From Octopus vulgaris (Eukaryota): a stretch of 64,000 nucleotides of DNA. A program made the translations under genes and the position numbers. Position 1 is the first letter of the stretch; each line of letters opens with the position of its first letter. Under the pieces are notes generated by a model. It saw nothing but the letters and a program-made list of their open reading frames with translations, searched no databases and was not told the DNA's origin. Of this stretch, positions 58,301 through 64,000 are shown in pieces. The stretch spans positions 68,076,001-68,140,000 of the forward strand of contig OX597828.1 in assembly GCA_951406725.2 (NCBI GenBank), given 5' to 3'.

Positions 58301-61300
58301 TCTTTAACGAATGTTGTGAAATTTGGCAAACAGCAATAGTGAAAGTCAGAAATAGTTTAATTAATGCCCAAATATAATTAGATTGAAAATTAATTGTACT
58401 ACATAAGTTGTCTATTCATTAGAAATGTCTTGAAATGGTTTTAGGCTAGAAAATCAAAGCATGCAGATGGAATTAACAATGAAATAACTACTGCTTTAAA
58501 AGACAGTTAGGATCTGATGGTCCTTAGGAACAAAAAAAAGACTCTTACCTGAGTTACTAATGGTTGTAAAACAGATGCCGAGTTCTTACCAAGACAACGA
58601 ATGGCAAAGCGAATACAGCGACAACATCGTTCCACAATACGGACATCTGATTGGTATTTATCACAAGCTTGAGACAGAACTGGAAATATCTGGTTTCACA
58701 AATGAAACAATAAAGAAAAATAACTCAGTATCGGTTTTCACACACATAAAAGTCATCACTGTTTTAACATCTGCTTCTGCATGCTCGCATGGGTCAGACA
58801 GAATTCACTGATGCAGACTTGTCTACGGGCAGATGCCAATTCTGTTGCCAACCCTAACTTGTTCCCAAGTAATATTTCCTCATAACTGGACAGATTTTTC
58901 ACAGATGACTGGAAACAAACACATTTCGTATGATGGTGTTACCTGTAACAAGTATCGTACAATATTGAGACAAGGAGACATAAACGCAGACAGATATTAC
59001 ATGACAGGCTTCTTTCAGTTTCCATTTACGAAATCCACTCACAAAGTTTCAGTTGGCCTGTGGATATAATAGAAGACTCATACCTAAGTGCCATACAGTA
59101 GAACTGAACCTGGAACTAGACTAGAAAAGCAAACTTCTTAACCACACGGCCACACACACACATATGTATAAGTGCAGGTATGACTGCGGGTTAAGGGAGT
59201 TTGCTTTCCAGCCACATTGCTTCAGGTTCAATCCAACCGTGTTGCACCTTGGGCAAGTGTCTTCTACTAAGGTTCTGTGCCTTCTGAGTGAATTTGTGAG
59301 TAGATGGAAATCGACAGAAGTCCATTATGTATGTGTGTATGCATCTGTGTGTCTCTTTGTCTTTACATTGTGTGATGGTTGTAAATGAATGTCATTCATT
59401 TCCGATATTCTGGAAAAACATGCCTGGCCATGGAGAAATATTCATCTTGCTTGGAAACAGACAAAGGACATCAGGCCACAGATTAACTACCTCAATAAAT
59501 TTCATCTGACCCATGCAAAAGCATGACAAAGTGGACGTTAAAATGATGATGGTTATATATATATGTATATTTCATCATCATAATGTAACATCTGTTTTCC
59601 ATGCTGGCATGGGTTAGACCCTTTGACTAGAACTACTAAGCAGAGAGATGCACCAGGCCCCACATCTGTTTTGGTTTGGTTTCTTCTGTTGGATGCCTTT
59701 CCTAAGGCGACCACTCCACAGAGTGTACCAGGTATCTTTAACATGTCACCGGCATGGGTGCTTCTAACGTGTCATCGCCATGGGTGCCTTTTATGTGCCA
59801 ACAGCATGGGTGACACTCATGTGTGTATAATTATTGGTTTCAAATTTTGGCAATTTCAGTGGGTGGGGCAAGTCAATTACATCAACCTCAGCGTTCAACT
59901 GCTACTTATTTTATCGACCCCGAAAGGATGAAAAGTAAAGATGACTTTGGCGGAATTTGAACTCAGAACATAAAGGCAGACAAAATGCTGCAAAGCATTT
60001 TCTCGGTGCGGTAACAATTCTGCCAGCTTGCCACCTTAATACGTGTATAATTATTAATCATTATCTGTGTTACTGATGTTACACTTATAAACTACTTAAC
60101 ACCTTTTCCTCAAAAGCTGACCCCAGGACAAAAGTATATTACCCCACACTGGACCTGAAACTCAATAAATCATCACCTTTAGCCAGAAGTAGACATTTCA
60201 CAATTATTAAGGCCAAGATACAATTTATTACATTCAATAACAAAGACTTGTCCAACACCTTCATGGAAATTTTAATCCTTTTTTTTTTTCAAAGAAAATT
60301 TATGAGAAAACTAAAATTTATGAGAAAACTAAAACTAAAAAATTTATGAGAAAACTAAAACTAAAAAATTCAGTAAATATTTCTATTTCATTCAATTTTA
60401 TATTCCTTTCAAATTTTGGCACAAAGCCAGCAATTTTGGGGGGAGGGGAGGGTAAGTTGATTACATCGGTCTCAGCATTCAACTGGTACTTATTTTATTG
60501 ACCCCAAACGGATGAAAGACAAAGTTGACTTTGGCAGGATTTGAACTCAGAACTTGAAGATGGCTGAAATACCACTGAGTATTTTGCCCAGCATGCTAAT
60601 GATTCTGCCAGCTCGCCACCCTTGTAAATTCATTAATACTAATTATTATTAAATGAGAAAATATGTGTTTACCTCCTGAATGACAGACTGGCAAGGATGA
60701 GGTTGGCCATTTGGAACAGATGGGTTAAGATGTCTGTTAATAAAATAAGAAAGCAATTAGTAAGACACTCTTAACAATTTCAGTAGGAAATAAAGAATTA
60801 AAAAAATTGCAACTTTTGTAGAATAAATCAGCCGATAAAGTTGTCCATTTTGACCCCACCTCAGTAGCAAGTCAGAAACCACCACTTTCCTTCTTGACAC
60901 TACATTCAAACATTCTAGAAGCTTTCAAGGCATCTAACCTTTGTCACTATAAAGACAAAGTTGGGAACTTTTCGGTTTGAATGGCAGTTTTTTCTAGCGG
61001 TGTCATATGAAATTGTCACCCATAATTATGACCCTAGTATCGATCTATTGCATTTCAATCTATTTTAGGGTTAGGGGTGGGGGGAAGGGTATCTTTTGTT
61101 CTTCACAAATGTAAATAAACCTAATCTGTTTCTTAAACGAGGGACATATTCATACGTCACAGAATGTTTTTTTACCTCAATGGACGTCAGTGATTGGTTG
61201 AAATTAAAGAAATTGAAGAAAAAAAAACAACAAATATCTTACAAACTATAGAATTTTCTCAATAAAGCCAAGAGAAAAAGATGTTTTATAAACACATTCT

Positions 61301-63940
61301 ACCAGTATACGAAGTTTAAAAGTGTTTAGTTACCTAGAAATTATGTTAAGAACTGCCGTTCAAACCGAAAAGATCCCAAAGTTGTAATAAAAAGCTGTTT
61401 TAAACACTTAATCAGAGAATGTCTGCAAAATGTCTGGATTCCATGGCAATCCCAAGCAGAAAATCAGACAAGGTCTCCTACACTCTGTTACTCAGGTTTT
61501 GTCACTCACGCCATACCTAAAGTAATTAGAACATCAGACGAGACTGTCACACTCTCTATGCATCTCTTTCTCTCGAATGCTTTGTTACTCACAGAAGAAA
61601 TCATAACGAGTTAAAGGACATCTTGTAATAACAAATTTGTCATCCACAAAGAAAGCTTAGCATAAACAACACAACACACACACATCCTTATTGCATGTAA
61701 ACAGGGAATTTTTATGCTGAAAATACTGTATTACCACTGTATCTTAATGGAGTCATCATGCCCACACTGGCTTTATTGCATTTCTTATACTATTATATAT
61801 CAGTCAACTAGTCAACCATTTAACCAATTATTTGCATATTTCACTTTCTTTAATGCTGTTCTTATCTATAGACCGTTAACTGAGGAGCCACCAAGCTCCA
61901 GTTAAAAATACTAACAAAATTAAAATATTAAAAACTACAAGAATTCATCAGTTCGTATTAAGGTCACTGTCCTCCTTGAGGAGTTCAAGAACCCCATTTT
62001 GCTCTTACATTTCATTTTTAGCTGGGTTCCTAAGGTTGGCTGGCCTTCCTAACACTAAATCACCTCACAGAGTGGATGTCCTTCCTACCATCAACCATTC
62101 TGGATACATTATATTGATGGAATACCTTATATTGTGACATTCACACTTGACAAGATTTAACATATGTAGATGGCACGTAAAAAGCACCATCCGTAGGCAG
62201 CCGATGCCAACGCCACCTCGACTGGCTTCCATGCTGGTGGCACATAAAAACCACCAACCAGTCATGGCCGTTGCCAGCCTCGCCTTGCTCCTGTGCCGGT
62301 GGCACGTAAAATGCACCCACTACACTCATGGAGTAGTTGGCGTTAGGAAGGGCATCCAGCTGTAGAAACACTGCCAGATCAGACTGGAGCCTAGTGCAGC
62401 CTTCTGGCTTCCCAGACCCCCGGTCGAACCGTCCAACCCATGCTAGCATGGAAAACGGACGTTAAATGATGATGAGATCTGCTAAAACTATATAAACCAG
62501 TGAGAGTTCAACAGATACAGTCTGAGACTTTAGAAATCATTGTCACTCTGTCGTTGATTTTATAAAAGTAGTTGCTAGCTTCTGTTACCAAGGGGACCAA
62601 ATTAGCAGTGCGAGTAGGTGTTCTGAAACCATAGTAACCAAAATAAAAAAAACTGGTTGGAGAAAGTTCATGAAGCTGTTACTCCTGCTTGCAAAAAAAG
62701 AGCTTCACCATCAGAGTAAAGAGCAGACTGTAAGATGTGTATGGATGATGACAGCTGTATAATGAAGTACTGACTGGGATATGAGGAAGGTGGAGGCCCA
62801 GGAAGGTACGGGAGGAGCTGGAGAACAATAACAGGAAATACAAAAAGGCTGTTAATTTATCAGAGTCACGGATTAAATTACCTGAAAATTGCTGCTAACC
62901 CATCCAACCAAAGTGTTGGGTCATGGCTACTGCCTTGCTTTACATTGACCTCTCCTTCATTAATTAGCTGCAATAATTTAATAGAATCATTTTAATAATT
63001 ATCACAAAAAATCAGTAACAAATGGAACATAATTAAAAATAAGTGGTGTTGTAGAAAGTCTAAGAAGGAGTGGAACATAATTTTGTATTTGTTTCCCCTT
63101 GCTGACACAGACTGGACTACTCTGACAGCATCTGGACATTTGTAGTGGACCTTCTGATAACAGAGGAAGCCAACAATCTTAGTTATTATAGTATTTTTGT
63201 TTTTTGATGTGGTTTTTTACTGCTGGACACCAATCACTTTATAGTGTGGCCTGGGAAAATATTATCCTAGCACCACTACTAAAGATGGTGCCTGTATCAA
63301 GATGATGAAAAATTACTCCCTGCCTCTTTTTACTTGTCTTGTATCTTGTGAAATTCAGGTCTTCTCTCTTCTTTCTGTTTTTTTTTATAGCAATATAAGG
63401 ATTTTGCTTTATTTCCTGGATATTTCATAATCTATTCTGACCTGAGACTAAACAACAAGAACTAGTTTCAGAGGGCGGTGATGACATGGTAGGTAACAGC
63501 AATGGCAACCAGCGGCAGCAGTGCCACCACCACCATCATCATCCTCATGAATACTGCTCTCAACAACTGGGCTGAATTCTCTTTCATTGGATCTCAGTGG
63601 GTGGACAGCTGGACCAGTGTCTGCTACATTAATACAGACATAAAATACCTATTTCTTTACTACCCACAAGGGGCTAAACACAGAGGGGACAAACAAGGAC
63701 AGACAAACGGATTAAGTGCATAACTGGTACTCAATTTATCGACCCCGAAAAGATGAAAGGCAAAGTTGACCTCAGCGGAATTTGAACTCAGAACGTAAAA
63801 TATGATGAGAGAGAAGACGTAGGAAAGGAGGACATCATCACACTTTACCTTATTTAATGGAGTTAACTGAAAAGAGCACAATTTCTTCAATCCTTCTCCA
63901 ACACTTTCATACGGTAATTGAGTCAAGATGGTTGCAGTTC
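52278..63940 (-). CDS. TNPO3: Transportin-3 (importin-12 / transportin-SR), last 10 coding exons (63849-63940, 62882-62967, 60673-60733, 58549-58689, 57854-57970, 57398-57492, 56445-56601, 54907-55074, 53796-53908, 52278-52338); 5' part outside window
   Basis: Phase-consistent GT-AG join of 1091 nt with TNPO3 signature peptides [66 protein letters not shown]. Confidence 0.95.
52680..53233 (+). mobile_element. Two RTE 3'-end fragments in last TNPO3 intron
   Basis: GRGRPRKMW then UTR; second tail 53080-53233. Confidence 0.8.
53796..53908 (-). CDS. TNPO3: TNPO3 exon ([37 protein letters not shown])
   Basis: conserved peptide, AG|gtaaga donor. Confidence 0.93.
54907..55074 (-). CDS. TNPO3: TNPO3 exon (HKDDFETRR...[23 protein letters not shown])
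   Basis: conserved peptide, tttcAG / gtcagt. Confidence 0.93.
55977..56203 (+). mobile_element. SINE B1 nested in oppositely oriented SINE B2
   Basis: ggtatttatt on both flanks; B2 halves at 55885-55975 and 56204-56335. Confidence 0.82.
56445..56601 (-). CDS. TNPO3: TNPO3 exon ([11 protein letters not shown]...[25 protein letters not shown])
   Basis: conserved peptide, gtaagt donor. Confidence 0.95.
57398..57492 (-). CDS. TNPO3: TNPO3 exon ([32 protein letters not shown])
   Basis: conserved peptide; weak AG|gtttgc donor. Confidence 0.93.
57854..57970 (-). CDS. TNPO3: TNPO3 exon ([39 protein letters not shown])
   Basis: conserved peptide, canonical sites. Confidence 0.95.
58549..58689 (-). 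CDS. TNPO3: TNPO3 exon ([47 protein letters not shown])
   Basis: highly conserved peptide, CAG|gtaaga donor. Confidence 0.95.
60296..60370. repeat. Short tandem repeat (aaaatttatgagaaaacta)x3
   Basis: direct reading. Confidence 0.85.
60673..60733 (-). CDS. TNPO3: TNPO3 exon ([20 protein letters not shown])
   Basis: NGQ.HPCQ.VIQE motif, 61 nt. Confidence 0.92.
60963..61377. mobile_element. MITE with ~27-bp TIRs and 6-bp TSD AAAGTT
   Basis: gggaacttttcggtttgaatggcagtt / aactgccgttcaaaccgaaaagatccc; internal ttagggttaggg. Confidence 0.85.
62165..62474 (+). mobile_element. RTE 3'-UTR fragment
   Basis: family match. Confidence 0.85.
62882..62967 (-). CDS. TNPO3: TNPO3 exon ([29 protein letters not shown])
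   Basis: DPT.WLD.LA.IFR motif, canonical sites. Confidence 0.92.
63648..63797 (-). mobile_element. Truncated SINE B1
   Basis: family match. Confidence 0.8.
63849..63940 (-). CDS. TNPO3: TNPO3 exon ([31 protein letters not shown])
   Basis: ccccaAG / AAG|gtaaag on - strand. Confidence 0.9.
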
Positions 63941-64000
63941 CTTGGGGAGAAAATGGGTAAAAAAAATTGTTAGTTAACAATAAGTTCAACCACTGGCAAA

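Overview
AT-rich, microsatellite- and transposon-dense eukaryotic DNA. The SINE/RTE-tail repertoire points to a coleoid cephalopod, most likely Octopus (inference). Two spliced protein-coding genes converge tail-to-tail. (1) A SMYD3-like SET/MYND lysine methyltransferase on + has 12 phase-consistent exons (29654-49236); its expected first coding exon could not be found. (2) The last 10 coding exons of transportin-3 (TNPO3) lie on - (63940 down to 52278; the gene continues beyond the window). Most ORFs in the six-frame track are repeat-derived: decayed Tc1/mariner transposons of three classes (DD34D, DD37D, DD41D), RTE and CR1 LINE fragments, tRNA-derived SINEs, non-autonomous Helitrons, TTAA-flanked MITEs and foldback palindromes. 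The most notable hidden signal is two unrelated repeat families carrying minimal type I hammerhead ribozyme motifs with self-complementary stem III loops, typical of Penelope-like elements. One is in a ~850 bp palindrome (1740-2586). The other occurs twice on - (25716-25801, and 39065-39150 inside a SMYD intron). Exon boundaries were read by hand; most repeat boundaries are approximate.
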